Assembly: GCA_026025075.1 (NCBI GenBank)
Contig: JAPEUI010000100.1
Span: 1 to 60,277, forward strand
Length of the DNA: 60,277 bases
Origin: Vezdaea acicularis
Taxonomy: Eukaryota
Direction of reading: 5' to 3'
The notes under the pieces are model-generated. The model saw only the letters and a list, made by a program, of their open reading frames with translations. It had not been told where the DNA came from and made no database searches. Both the position numbers and the translations under genes were made by a program. This document shows, one piece after another, positions 38,604 to 53,000 of this stretch (its first letter is position 1; every line of letters starts with the position of its first letter).

Positions 38604-40136
38604 TCATTGCGTGCTTGAAGGTGGAGGTGGTATCGAATCGTTCATAAGACTCGCAGGAAGGAGTTGACTTTCGGTCCATGGTGTTCTTCCAGCAAAGGCA
38701 CCGATTTCGTAGTCCATATCGTTGTTGGCAATCCCCATCTGGCTTGAAGATGGAAGATGTGGAGAATACGAGGGAATGTGACCCTCTATTGTGACGCTTG
38801 AACTTTGCGCTCCGTAGTCTGGAAGTCGTTGCGTCTTGAATTCTTGTCTTGATGTGCGAAATGAACAATCCGTCAACTCTCTATCCACTGTTGACGGTGT
38901 ATGCTTTTCAGTGATCTGAAGTAGGGATGCTCTGAGCTGCGCATGGATCGCTTCGTCATCCGAGAAGCTTAGCACAGGGGGAGAATCAGAATCGGCTTTT
39001 GGGATGCTTGCTCGCAGCTCTTGGCTAAGTGGCTGGCTGTTCGAACCATTCATTGATTTTCTTTGAACTGGCTTGAATTGTTGCTGGTTTGCACTAAATT
39101 GGCTACTTTCCCTTCTTGCTGGAAAATTGTTTGGCCTTTGCTGTGTGTTGACACTTTCGTATACTATTTCGTGATTACCACGACTTATTGTGGGTGAAAG
39201 CTGAATAGCTTTGTCAACTCCTTCTGAGCTCTTTTCAATTTCCCCGCCCTCCTTTCCTTCGGAGATCTCAATGCTTGAGCGAGGGATCTCATAGTCAAGC
39301 CCTAGCTCAAAATCCTCTCCATCATCTTCTGAGTCTGATATCTCAACCTTCATGAATGGCAGAGGTTTTGTGTCCTTTCTCAAAGCACTAGCCACAGGAC
39401 TCAGCGAAAGGCCTATGTTAGCGTGAGATTCTATGAACCTCTCAGCCCCTTCCTCATGGTCCTCTGCTTGTGAAGATAGCCAATGTTCGGTGAGGTTATC
39501 GAAGGACGAATGAGTGGAAAGCTTAGGCCATGACAACACGGGCGTCTCCCAGGGCGTCTGAGTGTCCTCATTCTCAGATGGAACGCTACTCGGCACTCTC
39601 TTCCCTCTGAAAGACTGTTTGGACCTCTGAGTTAATGAAATCGAGACTTGCGCACTCTGGAAGTTGGGATCTTTCTCATTTAGAGGTGAGCGGGAGTCAT
39701 CCAGTCGGTCGGTCTTCGCTTTAGCTATTGAGAGGAGGGTCTCAAAAGACGATCGCGAGGGCGGTTTCTCATATGAATGCAGCAGTGGTGGTGTCTGAGT
39801 TAGTCCCAGTCTTATACGTGAGTCGTTATGACGACCAAACAAGTTCTCTTCTTGAATGTTGTTCGGCGCGGAGTTGGATGTATCTAATTTTGTTCTCTCC
39901 AAATCCTTATTGACAACATTCTTTTGCGTTCCTCCTCCATTAGGCTCCTCTTTCAGTATCCGCGTCCTCTTCCTTGGCCTATAGGGTTCCTCAAACTCAG
40001 GTGTGAGCTCATCATCCTCTTCTTGAGGAATGAGCCTTCTGACAAAGTCAATTTGGGTTAACGTCTGCTGTCGCCGCCTAAATGTATCCCCTGACCCCCT
40101 TCGACATTTGGACCGAGTACCTAGATTCCGAGGCAT
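38604..40136 (-). CDS. Hypothetical, largely disordered protein (510 aa)
   Basis: Long intact ORF with conserved-looking termini RQQTLTQIDFV and TESQLLPASLMNDSIPPPP; head-to-head with rad4. Confidence 0.75.
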   Translation of the reverse strand: MPRNLGTRSKCRRGSGDTFRRRQQTLTQIDFVRRLIPQEEDDELTPEFEEPYRPRKRTRILKEEPNGGGTQKNVVNKDLERTKLDTSNSAPNNIQEENLFGRHNDSRIRLGLTQTPPLLHSYEKPPSRSSFETLLSIAKAKTDRLDDSRSPLNEKDPNFQSAQVSISLTQRSKQSFRGKRVPSSVPSENEDTQTPWETPVLSWPKLSTHSSFDNLTEHWLSSQAEDHEEGAERFIESHANIGLSLSPVASALRKDTKPLPFMKVEISDSEDDGEDFELGLDYEIPRSSIEISEGKEGGEIEKSSEGVDKAIQLSPTISRGNHEIVYESVNTQQRPNNFPARRESSQFSANQQQFKPVQRKSMNGSNSQPLSQELRASIPKADSDSPPVLSFSDDEAIHAQLRASLLQITEKHTPSTVDRELTDCSFRTSRQEFKTQRLPDYGAQSSSVTIEGHIPSYSPHLPSSSQMGIANNDMDYEIGAFAGRTPWTESQLLPASLMNDSIPPPPSSTQ

Positions 40137-40495
40137 GTCGACACCACTTTATGCCATCCAACCGGGCGATATGATGAGCGCCGAAGTGCATCGTGAGTAG
40201 TAAATGTTAGCCTGCTTTTGGCAGACGCGCCTCGCGTCGCTAAAAATCCTGGGACGCGCGCCTAAGTGGGGCTGATGTCATAAGCTACTGCTGATAACTC
40301 TACTTTTTTACACTTCCTCGAGATTGTTGCCTTCGCGGTCTTGTTGTACGGGTCTCTCCATGATATCAAACATAACACTCTCTTTAAGCCTGGAAATGGT
40401 TTGCTCTGCACAGGTTATCACAACGATTCCGACTCAGCGCATGCATCCCTCCATCTAAACTCTTGAAAAGATGATCAAACGACACTGGCGTCAAG

Positions 40496-43400
40496 ATGCC
40501 TCGAAAAAGCCAGCGAACTGCGGCAGGGGCAAGGAAGGCTCGGAATGCTACAACAGGGATCCCGGAAATCTACAATGAGATGCTTGCAGAAGCCGCGAAG
40601 TCTTCCGCAACTAGATTTAACGAAGAAGAAACATCGGTCAAGCGCCGACGGGTACAACAGTTAAGGGCTGATTTATCAAGTGCTAAGCCCGAATACAAGA
40701 CACAGATCGATTTCAAGGATGTAGGACTTACCGAGGAAGTTCAGAGCCACGACGGGCCTCTGACGGGATCGGATGACCTTATGAGCCTCGCTGAGCCGCA
40801 GATTGCTTATGATGATTCCACCAGTTCAGAGGAAAATGATCTCAGTTGGGAAGAAGTAGATCTTGGAACAGACAAAGGCGGTGACGAAGGCGACAAGGAG
40901 CAGTATCTTGATCTTACGCTTAAAAAGGATGAGGGTACGTCTAAGAAGTCAAAATCAAGAGTTCCACGGAGATCTGTCAACAAAGCCGAGCGAGAGCACC
41001 GTCTCGTGGCTCATAAAGTACATCTTCTTTGCCTGCTTGTACATGCGCATATGCGGAACGACTGGTGTAACGACAAAGAGGTCCAGGTATATATCATCCC
41101 CTTCAGGCCGGTACGAGCTTGCTAAGTATACTCTGCTTAGACAAACCTCAAACCGCTCTTGAATCCACGCATTAAATCGCAACTGAACCCTGTTGAAACC
41201 CTCACGCGGTTCCAGAAGAACCAGACATTTCTAGAGGGCTTAAGCCTGCTAATGACGATCTGGAAATCGAAGTTTCGGATTACAGCTAGAGGTATGAGGA
41301 AGCCACTATGGGCAGATGAGGAGAATCGTGCTAGCTCAGTAAGAAGACCAGCGCAGAGCAGATATACTTGTGCCCTTGTGGGCTAAGATCAGGCTGGAAA
41401 ATGCTAATGACACCAGCTCCCGACAGATATGGATGATCCTTTAGATCGACTTGATTTTCAGCAAACTGCACTTGAGCTTCAAGGGTCTCGCGATGTTGGG
41501 GCACAACTATTTTGCGCCCTGCTTCGATCAGCGAATGTTGATGCCCGGGTTGTATGCTCCCTTCAGCCACTCTCTTTTGCAGCCACTCAAGCAAACGGGG
41601 GGACGCCTCAAGAGAGCAAGCATACATTCATATATGAGACAGAACTTGATGAAAAACGCAACTCTCAACAAGTTGCGGCGGATGAGCGCGATAGCTCTGG
41701 ACTAGCGCTTGGTGATATTTCACAAGTGAACCTGACACAAAAGCAGCCTGTAATAGCTCCGCAAGCCCGTGGATTAGGACAGCCTGCATCTGACGTTAGC
41801 GAAGACGCTGAAACTGGTGGACCTGCAAGCCTCAAAGGCATGTTCCACAAGTCCAGAGTTCACTTATGATAAAGCTTTGAAGCTGACTGCGAGACCCAGA
41901 CTTTCGTAAGAAGCTAATTCGGGAATCACGTTTTCCTGTTTACTGGGTAGAAGCGTATAATTCTGCATCTTCGAAGTGGATCCCTGTAGACCCTTTGGTA
42001 ACACATACAATTGGAAAACCGTCGAAACTCGAGCCTCCTTTGAGTGATCCCGAGAATGTGATGTCCTACGTAGTAGCATTTGAAGAGAATGGCGCAGTCA
42101 AAGATGTTACAAGACGCTATGCAAAAGCTTATAATGCCAAGACCAGGAAAATTAGAGTAGAAATGACTAAAGGTGGTGATCTATGGTGGTGGAGAAGTTT
42201 ACGATTTTACAATAGGGGAAAGGGCATAGTAAGCTGTCTAAATTGCTTCTACAAAGTCTTAACTGAACGTTATGTAGGACAAACGCGACGTAGCCGAAAA
42301 CAAAGAGTTGGCAACATTTGAAGCCCGAGAACCATTACCAAGGAACCTTCAGGATTTCAAGAATCATAGCATTTATGCTTTAGAACGGCACATGAGACGT
42401 AATGAGGTCATTCATCCCAAGACTCAGATTGGAAAAGTGGCCGCAGGGAAAGTCAACTCTCCTGCGGGGAAGAAAGCGTTAGAGCCCATCTATCGACGGC
42501 AAGACGTCCACGTTGTTCGAAGTAGTGACGGCTGGTACAGACTGGGGCGTGAAATCAAGGTGACTTAAGATGTTCTCTCCTTTAGAAGCCCCACTAACAT
42601 GCACAGCCTGGTGCCCAGCCCCTGAAACATGTCGCGCCTCGGCGTGGCCAAGTGACGATTGATGATGACGAAGATGACCAGTATACGCCGTTTGGCCAGG
42701 AGGAAAAGGTTGGGATAGGACTGTATGCTGAATTCCAAACGGATATCTACGTGCCTCCCCCAGTAACGCACGGACGTGTGCCGAAGAATTCGTTCGGGAA
42801 CTTAGATATCTATGTCCCAAGTATGGTCCCTAAAGGTGGTGTGCATTTACCTTGTAAGTCCCTCCATTGGCAAACTCCGAGACAATAGACTCATTTAGTT
42901 CTAGATTCTGAAGCGCAAAAAGCAGCCCGCCTAATTGGGATAGACTATGCTGACGCCGTCACGGGCTTTGAATTCAAAGGCCGCCACGGCACAGCCGTTG
43001 TCTCCGGCATTGTCGTCGCCGCAGAGTTCGAAGAGGCGATGTTAGAGACAATCGAGGCCTTTATGTACGAGCGGGAAGAAACTGAAAGGAAGCGACAAAC
43101 TTACGAGGCACTGAGACGGTGGAAGAGGTTCATGGCGGGAGTTCGAATTCGCGAGAGAGTCAAGGGCTATGCCACCGAGGGAGAAGAAAACAGCAGTCCT
43201 ATCGCAGAAGCAGACGATGACGACGACGATGCAGCAGCCACGGTCGAGGACAATGGAGGTGGATTCTTCCCTGATGCCGACCAGGGGCCGATCGCGGAGC
43301 CCACTGCTAGTAGGAGCGTATTTTCCGAGGAGTACGGCAAGGAAGGGGAGGGTGGCTTCCTTGTGGAGAACCAGCCGCACGATGTTGAAGAGAGAATATT

Positions 43401-43740
43401 GAGCACTCAAAAGCACGGAAAGAAGCGCAAGGTCAACATCCCTACGAACGAAATACCTGTTCCGTATGTCAAGCAAACAGCGCCACGAGAGGCCTCTCGA
43501 TCGAACTTCTATTATCTCGAGGTTAGGAAGGCAGACGGTAGAAGTGAGAAACAGGGAGATGGCACTTCAGAGATGCCTTTGCATGAAGCCTCAAGTCCGG
43601 CTGTAGGAAGGCCGACAGTTCCGACTAAGGCTGATAGAGAGAGTCTGACGGACGAAGGTAGTGATAGTCTTTCTAGAGGGTCACTTCTATCACACGACCC
43701 TGACGATGAAGACGCTGAACCCATATGGCGCGACGACTGA
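40496..43740 (+). CDS. rad4: DNA damage recognition protein Rad4/XPC; multi-exon
   Basis: HKVHLLCLL, GSRDVGAQLFCALLR, FPVYWVEA, KDVTRRYAKAYNAKTRK, FKNHSIYALERH, VPKNSFGNLDIY, AVTGFEFKGRHG. Confidence 0.93.
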
Positions 43741-43879
43741 CACAAAGATTTTCGTACCGACAGGAGAGGTGTATTAGATTGGGTGGCCAAAAGTTCTCTA
43801 GGTAATCTCACAGATATCCTACAATATCTACAGACGTACTCGCAACGTCATATGCATACAGGTATATCCAGCGTTGGAA

Positions 43880-46800
43880 TTACGCCTCCATACTAGCAGA
43901 TCGGGTTCCTTTCCCCCTGCCCCTGCCCCTACCCCTACCACGTGCCCTCCCCCGCGTAGCCCCCCTTGCAGCTCTCGCTTCATTCCTCCGAGCCCTCTCT
44001 TCTTCCTCACGTAGCTTCCTAGACTCACCATCCCACCAGGCCTCGAATTCTTGCTCCTGCTGGATGTCCTGCAAGCTTCGCTTCTCGACGGCCTTTCTCA
44101 ATCTCTCTTGCTCAGTCTGCTGTTGGCTTATGATGTCTGATAGCGGGAGGCTGATTGCTGGTTGGAAGGCTTCGTTTGTGGTGGAATGAATTGATTTGAC
44201 CGCACGGGGAGGGAAAGCTGCGAGAGCTTGGTTGGGAGGCTTCGAATCAGATCGCCTCGCTATGTTTGTCATTTGAGGGGCTGAGACTGGGCTCTTCGTG
44301 AGCTGGGACTGACCGCTCATCTGGCTTTGTTGAGCAATATCTTTGGGCCCAACCTTGAGCGGAGCTGCTGGCTTGATCTGGTCCACAGTACGCGAAGAGG
44401 GCGACCGTCTATCGCTGCTGAGAACGTCCTTCATAGAAATCTTAGCCCCCTTACGAGCTGATTGCCATGGTGAGGCCTGTCGCTCTGGAGCTTTCATTCT
44501 CTCCGGCCCGCCATCTTGTCTCTCTTTCGAAGAGATTCTAGCTTGTTCCAGTTGCTGTTTCTTACGCTGTCGTTGTGTAAGTTTGGTCCCAAAGGGCCCG
44601 CTATATTCTTCATCTAGAGATTGTGAACTAAGCCCCAGCGAGAGGCTTGATTGATGTTTTGAAGATGGTTGTGATTTCAATTCCCTTGTCACCAGTTTTT
44701 TATTTGCCATGGCTGGGTTGGGAACGGGTTGTCCTGGCAAAGGATCGAGGCTTCCAAGCGGCTGGCCCAAAGCAGGCGAAGCCGACTTGATAGAGTTGCC
44801 TTCACCCGCGAGATACCCGGGAGAGCGAGGTCTGCGCTCCACTGGCTGCAACAATTTCCCTTGGGAGTTATACCATGTGTCATCCTCGAGAGGGTTAGAT
44901 GGCGGAAGTAAAGGTGGTGCCCCACGAGCAATAGAAAGCTTCTCACTGGATGTAGCAGACAGAGCTCCAGACTCTTTCCCATGGGAGCCTGCATAGACGC
45001 CATCTCCTAGCTCAATGTTGAATATAAAGTCATCTGCTATTTGCGGTTGCACTGCCAGAAGAGGACTACTTGGAACACGAATCTCTTCCCTAGCAACTTT
45101 GTGATGAGCTTTAAGGTGTGACGGTGATGATGACAGAGCACCCCAGCTTCCAACCTTAACCTTGTGTGAGCTTGTCGGCCGCAACTCATCATCATCTTTC
45201 ATCCGAATTCGTATCGCAAGAGATTTGATCTTATCATGTCTCTCCTCATCTACTAATTGGACGAGTTCAGGATGCCGTTCATGAAGTGCTAGCTCAGCAT
45301 GGCCACCCCTTACAAAGGGAAAGCACGCAAGCTGATTTGCGCAAACGACATCATCCAGCTCTAGAAGTAGGTCTTCGCTGAGCTCATCAAGAAGGTGGTT
45401 TTCTAACATCGTCTCCAGGTTCAAGCAGACATATTCGAGGCAGGCATCCTTAAACTCAGTTACCGAGCAAGCGGCCACGGAGTTTAGGAGCTGGCAGGCA
45501 TTACGTGTATTCACTAGATATATCAGCAGCCATTCAGTGAAGCTGTCGAGAAAACGGCTGAACGAGGGCAGGTCGACGCAAAACAAGAGACTTGAGCCGT
45601 AGGCAAGGAATCGGCAATTTCAAATTGTAGAGGGGGAGGACTGAATAAGCCTCAAATATTATGCGACAGACATATATGCAAGACCACGACAAAGTAACAA
45701 AGGACCAGTGAAGTGAGCAAAGGTATCAAAATGTAAAAGTAGACTTACCAAAGCGACCAAGAACGTTCTGACAGGCTTGCGATAATCGATCTAGCATCAG
45801 TTCGTTCGCAACAGACATGACGTCGATGACAATATCCAAGAAATCTTCAGTTTCGGGTACGGTAACGTTGTCAAAAAGTTCTTCGCCGGTGTCTGCATAT
45901 ATGTGGCGAAGTACGAGCTGAAATATAGAAGGGTCGATATGTTTTAGATCAATTTTGATCAAATCGGTATCACTCGCCATGTTTTCCCTGCGACTAGCCA
46001 GCCAAGCGCCAGCAGCTCGACCATGAAATAAGCCTTGGAAGAACGGACATCTCTTACATAACAAGAGGGTATGCACTTTCATTTCAGAGCCTGAAAGTTC
46101 AACAAACGCATCTCCTTTTTGATGAAATGACTGATCCACAAAAGCTCTTTCGAAGTCGGTCGCAAGGCTCTTGGGCGTATTGACCATAGTCCGTACAGAA
46201 GACTCCAAACTTTGCATCTCAAGCTTTAAGGCAACCTTCATCAACTCTGTCCGAATTTGGCGGTAACGAAAGGCATTCTCGGGTGCGTGCCTAATAAAAT
46301 GCCAAACATCCACGACACGATCTTGATAGATATATAAGACCAGATTAAAGATCGTCACAAAGTCTAACCCTTCGAAGATGATCTGAACTCTTCCATTTTC
46401 GCCAAGTTTCAGGGAGAAAAGGTCCTGCATCCCGCCTGCCCCAGAATCCTGAAAATTAGAAAGCTCAGATAAGAAAGGTATGCTTCTCGCAACAAGCATG
46501 AATAGATGAATGGGAATGTAGATATCTGAATAGCTGGTCCCTATCTCAGCGTTATAAGTGGCCTTTTCCTCATCGGCCAGTCTTGAAAAGTTTTTGGCAG
46601 CGAGAGCTTCCAAATCCGACGATAATAAAACAGCTTGGTGAATTGAATCTGTCGAACATGAGTAGGGGTGTCTTGGATTGGCCGCGGCATCCTCAGGTGC
46701 TGCTTCAAGAGCTTTGAAAGGGAGGAGGGAGCTAATGTCTTCCCAAAGACTTTGCGGTTTGACTAGGATCTGCTTCTTGGTGACATCACTATCTTTTCTC

Positions 46801-48878
46801 ACTGCGGCGTATGCTCCGAACGCATTGCTTCTGACGGCAGCAATATGAGTCAAGCCCGGAACACGCGAAAACTTGTACGCCTTTGTTTTGGGTTCGAGAC
46901 TCCCCAACCGCTTCACACCCTTTAATAATGTGCGCTTTCCCCGAATCCATACACTACCAGCCCCCTCGGTGCATATTATTATTGAGCCATCTTGGGCCAC
47001 GCCGACATCGCGTACTGCCATTTCCCGCTTTTTCGCTGACCATATTTTTTGAGGTGTAGATAGTGCATTTCGGATCTTCGTAGGGTTAGTAGTGGAAGAT
47101 GCGGTGAGCCCTGGTTCTAACTTCTGGCTGACTTCTACAGTAAAGACATCCCCCATCCTTGACATCGCGCAGATCGTATCCCCGCCGCAAGTGATCTTCG
47201 AGATGTGGTTAGGAAGATTGTCATATCTAGTGGTGAATACACTGCTTCGTAAAAAGTAATTTGAGAACCCATCGAGAGGAAATGAAATTTTTGCATAGCC
47301 GAAGTTTGAGAAAACCCAGACTTCGTGATTAGCCAAAAGACATACGGTGGCCCTGTTGATAGCCGACACTGCATAAATTGATGTAGAGAAAAGAGAAGCT
47401 CCGACTTTTCGAGGTATGGTCTGAATATCTAATGAACGGGCGTCGGCATCGACCAAGCCGAGCTGACCCTCGTTCTTTCCAAATGTGAAAAGGGAGGTTG
47501 CAGTGTGGACTACCGAATGGATTTGTGAGGCAGCGCAGCCAATGATAAACTCTCTTTTCAGTGGTCCAAATATTTGCCGTGGTAATGTCTGGGTCGGCTC
47601 TTCGTTCTTCGAGCTAACTTTGGGGAGAGCATAGCCTAACTGCCCAAATGAATTAAGACCCCAGCTAAAGATCTCACCGTGCTCCGAAACAGCTAAAGTG
47701 TGGTCTTGGCCAAGCGCAACAGAGATCACTCTCTTACCAGCGAGTCCTCCTCCCTCTACACAGACGTATGAAAATCTGGTTGTCTGATCTCCGGTTCCCA
47801 ACCGGCCACCAGGGCCAAATCCACATATATAAAGATTTGATTCCGGGTCAGTGGTCAAGATGGCAGAATGAAATTTGGACAGCGCAATGTCTTGGACCAA
47901 GAGTGGTCTATGTCGGATCACACTTGGAATGCTGTTTGATCCCGAGACGGTGGTGAAGTTAAGGCCCCCTGCACTATCGTCTCTAGCCATCAGGTGTTTT
48001 GGCCTATCCCGTTGATACTCAAGGTAAAATCTATAGAGAAGGTGATCTGGCCTGTGCAGGACAATCCGCTCGGGATACTGTCGATCATCCTCGTTACCAA
48101 GACCAAGGGTAAGGTTCTTGTTACTTCCCCAGAAGAAAGCCTCGTCGCCCCCAATACTCCGAGAATTGCTCGCAGGGTTGAGATCTTCCGAGCCGGCTTC
48201 GACATCTCCAAGAGCTGAGCCATCTTCGGATTCTCTATCAGTTTGCAATAAACCTATTTGGCCCCGATGACCCAGCGTTCGACTCGCTGTGGTTTCATTG
48301 AGGACATCAAATGCGCTGTTACCGTCCCTATCTTTTACCTTGAACAGACCTCCAAAACCAACAGCTGAGGAACCGCTTCGATGTCCTAGCATATCCCGCA
48401 GATCCCTAGCAAGGATGGCGCGGGCAATGGTCACCTTACCAAAGTAGAGTGATCTATGCAAAGCCGTCCACCCGCTCTCTTGATCTTGTGCATATATGTC
48501 CACAAATGGATGGTTCAAGAGAGCATTTGAGAAAGAGGCCGCAGTCTCTGCTTGCGATGAGGCCGCGTGATGTAGCAATGTTAAGCCATGTCTATCTCTT
48601 GAATTAACGTCGGCGCGGCTCAACGCCTGATGGTGTGCTCTACTGCCATGCGCAGGACCACCTGCAGTGCCTGCCGAGGTCTTCCGGTTTTTAGATGTTA
48701 ATATAGGTGGGGAGCCTAAAGAAACACCAGGACTCCCCAAGACAGCTCCTGTATGAGAGCGGATTCCGCCTCCCTTCTGGGATTGCGGCTTATCGCAAGC
48801 GGCCGTTGCCAATAACTGTCGGAATCGTTCAACGTCATCTTCAAGATAGAACTTCCAAAGAAGTGCAGCGCAACTCAT
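43880..48878 (-). CDS. Ankyrin-RCC1-BTB protein (IBTK/Btb1-like Cul3 adaptor); intron 45514-45748
   Basis: Ankyrin DQESGWTALHRSLYFG; RCC1 repeats WGSNKNLTLG, GFGPGGRLG and WGLNSFGQLG; BTB HTLLLCKRCPFF; C-terminal SLQDIQQEQEFEAWW and RG repeats. Confidence 0.9.
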
Positions 48879-50064
48879 GTGTCAGTCTCAGAGCGACTAG
48901 AAGTACTTCTAATCGCTCTGGATAAGTGCCTCGCTATGACTTCGGTGAGTCACGGCGTATTTAAAGGCGAAGAAAGAAATAGGCGGAGAAACCTCCGAAG
49001 AGGGGAGCGGACCCAATTCGATAGAGAGCGCAGCCAAGACTGAGATTATGTTGCTATGAAGAACTAGACTTTGGAAATGAGAATGGCTAAAGTCTCCCGC
49101 CTGAATGGAGGTCCCTTGTGGTCCTGTATCTCTACCGAGTGATGACGAAACAAGTTGCTTGATCTTAGTATCTGAGGGCTAGCCGCGTATGTTTAGGACA
49201 ATGTATTCTGGTAGTTGGCCTGCCTGGTCTGAGTATTTTCAATCTAAAAGAATCTGGTGTGCTAAGGAGAACGTTTTAAAGGACGGTGAGGCCGGGCAAT
49301 TCGACTTACATGTGTGACTCTTTGCTCACGAACTCGCTTGCGCCAATCATATTTCGTTATCAGCAGCGTGGCCAGCCCCGCAGCAGGAACAAGCTGCCGC
49401 CCAAATTCCGCACAGACACGTCCAATAAGACTATGTCGATGTAGCAGGCGGGTATGTAGGAAGCTAACAAATAGTCTCTTCATGTTGTAGATGGAATTGC
49501 GGGGAAGCGCAAAGAATAGTATCCCTGTATCTGATCGTGTAACTTAGACATATCCGTGGTATACTTGAATATATCTACCATCCCACGATACCTCTTGCTT
49601 CTGCCGTATGTGATGCCTGCGTACATTGATTATCAAGACTATATAACCTGCAGCCTGCTCGTGTACGCGCGTTTTGGATACATCACAGCAAAGACAGTTG
49701 GTCTCGAATGTGGCAAGAATGAGCGCTGCGGGAAACCCTTCTAATTTAAGTGCTTAGGAAGCTTTGCTCGCCATATGCAGCCTTCAGACTCTGAAACGAT
49801 CTTGGCCAAATTGATCATTGTAGAAAGAAAATATTTGGGCTATTGTTTATTTTAGCCAAGGTCAAGTCCAGAAGAGCTAGCTCAATAGACTTCGCTACAA
49901 GTAGTCCCATTTGTGTATCCTAGAGAAATACCCATCTCATTCACTATAAGAAGGCCTGTCCCTCCCAAGCTCCCCGTACCATAACACCTTGAGATCCATG
50001 AGTGAGTCTAATGTGCAGTACTCCCAGCGCGAGATATAGAAAAGGGCGTTTTCCCTGGTCACGG

Positions 50065-53000
50065 CTACCACCGTCTCCCATAAGTAGGATCCTCTTGGCT
50101 TTGCGGCTTTCGTATTGGATTTCGCTGGACGAACCGCTCATACTGAACAGCACTGCTACTGCTGGTGTTGCTAGGCTTTGAGCCTCGACTGCTGAGTATG
50201 TTTGTCTTTGGCATATATGAATCCACTTCCCCCTCATCATCTCGAGGGTCGACTCTGTGGAACAGTGCCATCAGTTCTTGAAGGCCAAGCTTGTTGATGT
50301 TCTTCTTGCCACCCTCAATAGCCGAGTTTGCGAGTTGTCGTTTCTTCTCCTGCAAGTCTAAAATTCGTTCTTCCACCGTATCTTGAATAGTGATCTTATA
50401 GACCACTACATCCACTGTCTGATTAAGTCTATGAACGCGATCGATTGCTTGTTCTTCAACAAACTGATAGTGGTTAGCAAAGAATGATTCAATTGATTGT
50501 AAGATCGCTTACTGGATTCCAGAAGGGTTCTAGAATTATAACCCGACTGGCAGCAGTCAAGTTAAGCCCAAGAGAGCCGCATTTTAAGCTACAAAGGAGA
50601 ATCCTAGTCTTTTGATTGGTTCTCAGCCTTTGAAGACTAGCTTCACGTTCGTCATTCCTCATCTTGCCATCATACCGAGTGTAAAGGAGACCATCGCGCT
50701 TGAGAAAGGGCTCAACCAAGTCCAACATCGATGTGAACTGAGAGAACACAATGAACTTGTTCGTTCCTGACTCTTTGTGAAGAATGCTCAGAAGATGGCG
50801 TATTTTCGTTGAGATGGCCATGCTTGACAGGGTCGTTTCTTCTACATCGTCCAACGACGCTTCAAGCTCCTCTTCAACACCATCATCGCTTTCCGAAGTA
50901 CTCGAAGATTCGTCGTCCGAGCTGCCAACTACAATCACGTCTTTCGCTCTCGCTGTGGAGGATCCTAGAACCTTGACATCGGATTCGTCACTAGTATCAG
51001 TACAGCTGGAAACAATTGAATCGCCTCCACCCTCGGCGTTTTCGTCTTCGCTTCCTCCAGCTCGACCGAGATGGGGTGAGGTGCGATGATTCTCTGGAAC
51101 TATCCACTCGCCATCATCTTCATCCTCACTATCAACAATTAATCGTTTATGCCTTTCCTTCCGGGCCTGCCGCAAGGCTTCTTTATGGCTAGAGCGTTCT
51201 ACCTCATCTTTACGCTTTTGGCTTTTGCCCTGAGTACTTCTCTCGAAATCTGCAAAGTTATCTTCACAAACGGTACATCGGATAGCGCCGTCAGCTATTT
51301 CTTCTCGACTCAGGGTAATCATACACGCCTCGCACTTCTTCGTTTCTACGCTCAATCCACCCAGCATGTCTGCCACATCATCAATATCATCGGTAGTGGC
51401 CTTTGATTTTTTTGGTGTTTGAGTTCCTACGACGGTTGCGAGCGCATCTTGATCGTTCGCTAGTTTTCCAGTAACAAGCTTTGGATGATTGCAGGCTTGT
51501 CGAAGTCGCAACAAGAGCACTAAAGCGCTGGTATAGCTGACCTTCTCCTGGGTCTTGAGCATATCTTCCATACTACGGTCTGCACGCTCCGCGAGACGGT
51601 CATAATATGCACGCTCACTCGGAGAGAATGTAGCGACAACTTTCTCAATCTTACGTTCCGTGATGCGGAAATCAGACTTGCCCGTTCCTTCCTCTACTGA
51701 AGGTTTTCCTCCTGGATTCAGGGCGCCTTCCTTTTTAAGAATCTCTTTTGTTCGTCGCTTCATGCAAGCTTTCAAGAACACCTGCAACCTTGTCATTGCC
51801 GTGTTTCCACGGCCGTTCTTCATAGGAGTGGTAATGCGCTCACGCCATGTTGCGAAATCATCGAATGGCTTTATGCGGAGGAAACGAATCAGACTTTGGA
51901 GCTCATCTAAATTGTTCTGCATTGGTGTGCCTGTTAAACACCAGCGATATTCTGCACGTAAAGCATAGCATGCCTGTGCAGCTTTCGCGTTGCGGTTTTT
52001 GATGGTATGAGCCTCGTCAAGTATAACACGGTACCATTGAAGGCCAAAACAGCCAAACTGCGGTCCAGATGGGTCTTTCGCCGAATTGCCGTGCTCAGAT
52101 ACAAGTACTTGATAGGTAGTTATAACCACATCGTACTTTTTGAGTTCTTGAAATGATTTTGTGCGTTGGGGACCATGGTGTACACACACTTTCAGATGAT
52201 GAGATTCTGCTACTTTGTCTTTGATCTCGGCCTCCCACTGCTTTATGAGTGCAAGAGGCGCAACGACTAGTGTAGACTTCTCGGTTTTAGATGATATCTT
52301 CCTTGTCGTGGCCTCGTTTGAGGATGTTGGAGGGCGGGGATTCTCGAGGAGGACCGCCAGAGATTGGAGAGTCTTGCCGAGACCCATGTCATCTGCAAGA
52401 ATTCCACCTTTAGGTAAGACTCCTCCCTTCTTAGGTCCTCCGACCTCTCGATCTATCATCCAGTCCACACCCTCTACTTGATGTGGAAGAAGCTTCACGC
52501 GTAAACCCTCAACCGTTCCGTCGGAAATCTCCTCCTCTTCTCCCTGCTCCTTCCCATCACCTTTTCCAAGAGCCAAGCCATTGAGTTTGTCGGCGAGCGC
52601 GTCCTGTTTTTTCTTTCGTGAACGGGTCTGCCGATTTCCTTCTTCTCCTTCAAATGCGCCCTCAAGTAGGGCCTTGATATTTGCCGTAGCCTTTGCAGCA
52701 TCAACATACGTCTCTAGATCGCTAGATCCAAAGCGATCATTTCTAGTCAAATCAATGAAGTTGCTTGGCTGGCCTCCCTTATTTACGGATGTAAAATTGC
52801 TGTGGCCTGTACCAGCAAAGGTGGAAAATGTTGGCTGAGAAGCGGGAAAAGATGTATGGTAAATCGGACCTGCTGGCATGGGGATTTCTTGAGGCTCTTC
52901 GCTGTCGTTGTTGGATCTTCCAACCAAGCTCTTCACAAGTTCTTTGGCTTGGTGTAGATGTGGATGACCTGCAAGTCACGTCAATGATTCCGGTTACGTC

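Noticed and set aside
45514..45748. Unusually long intron as a snoRNA host
   Set aside because: No clear C/D or H/ACA box arrangement visible.
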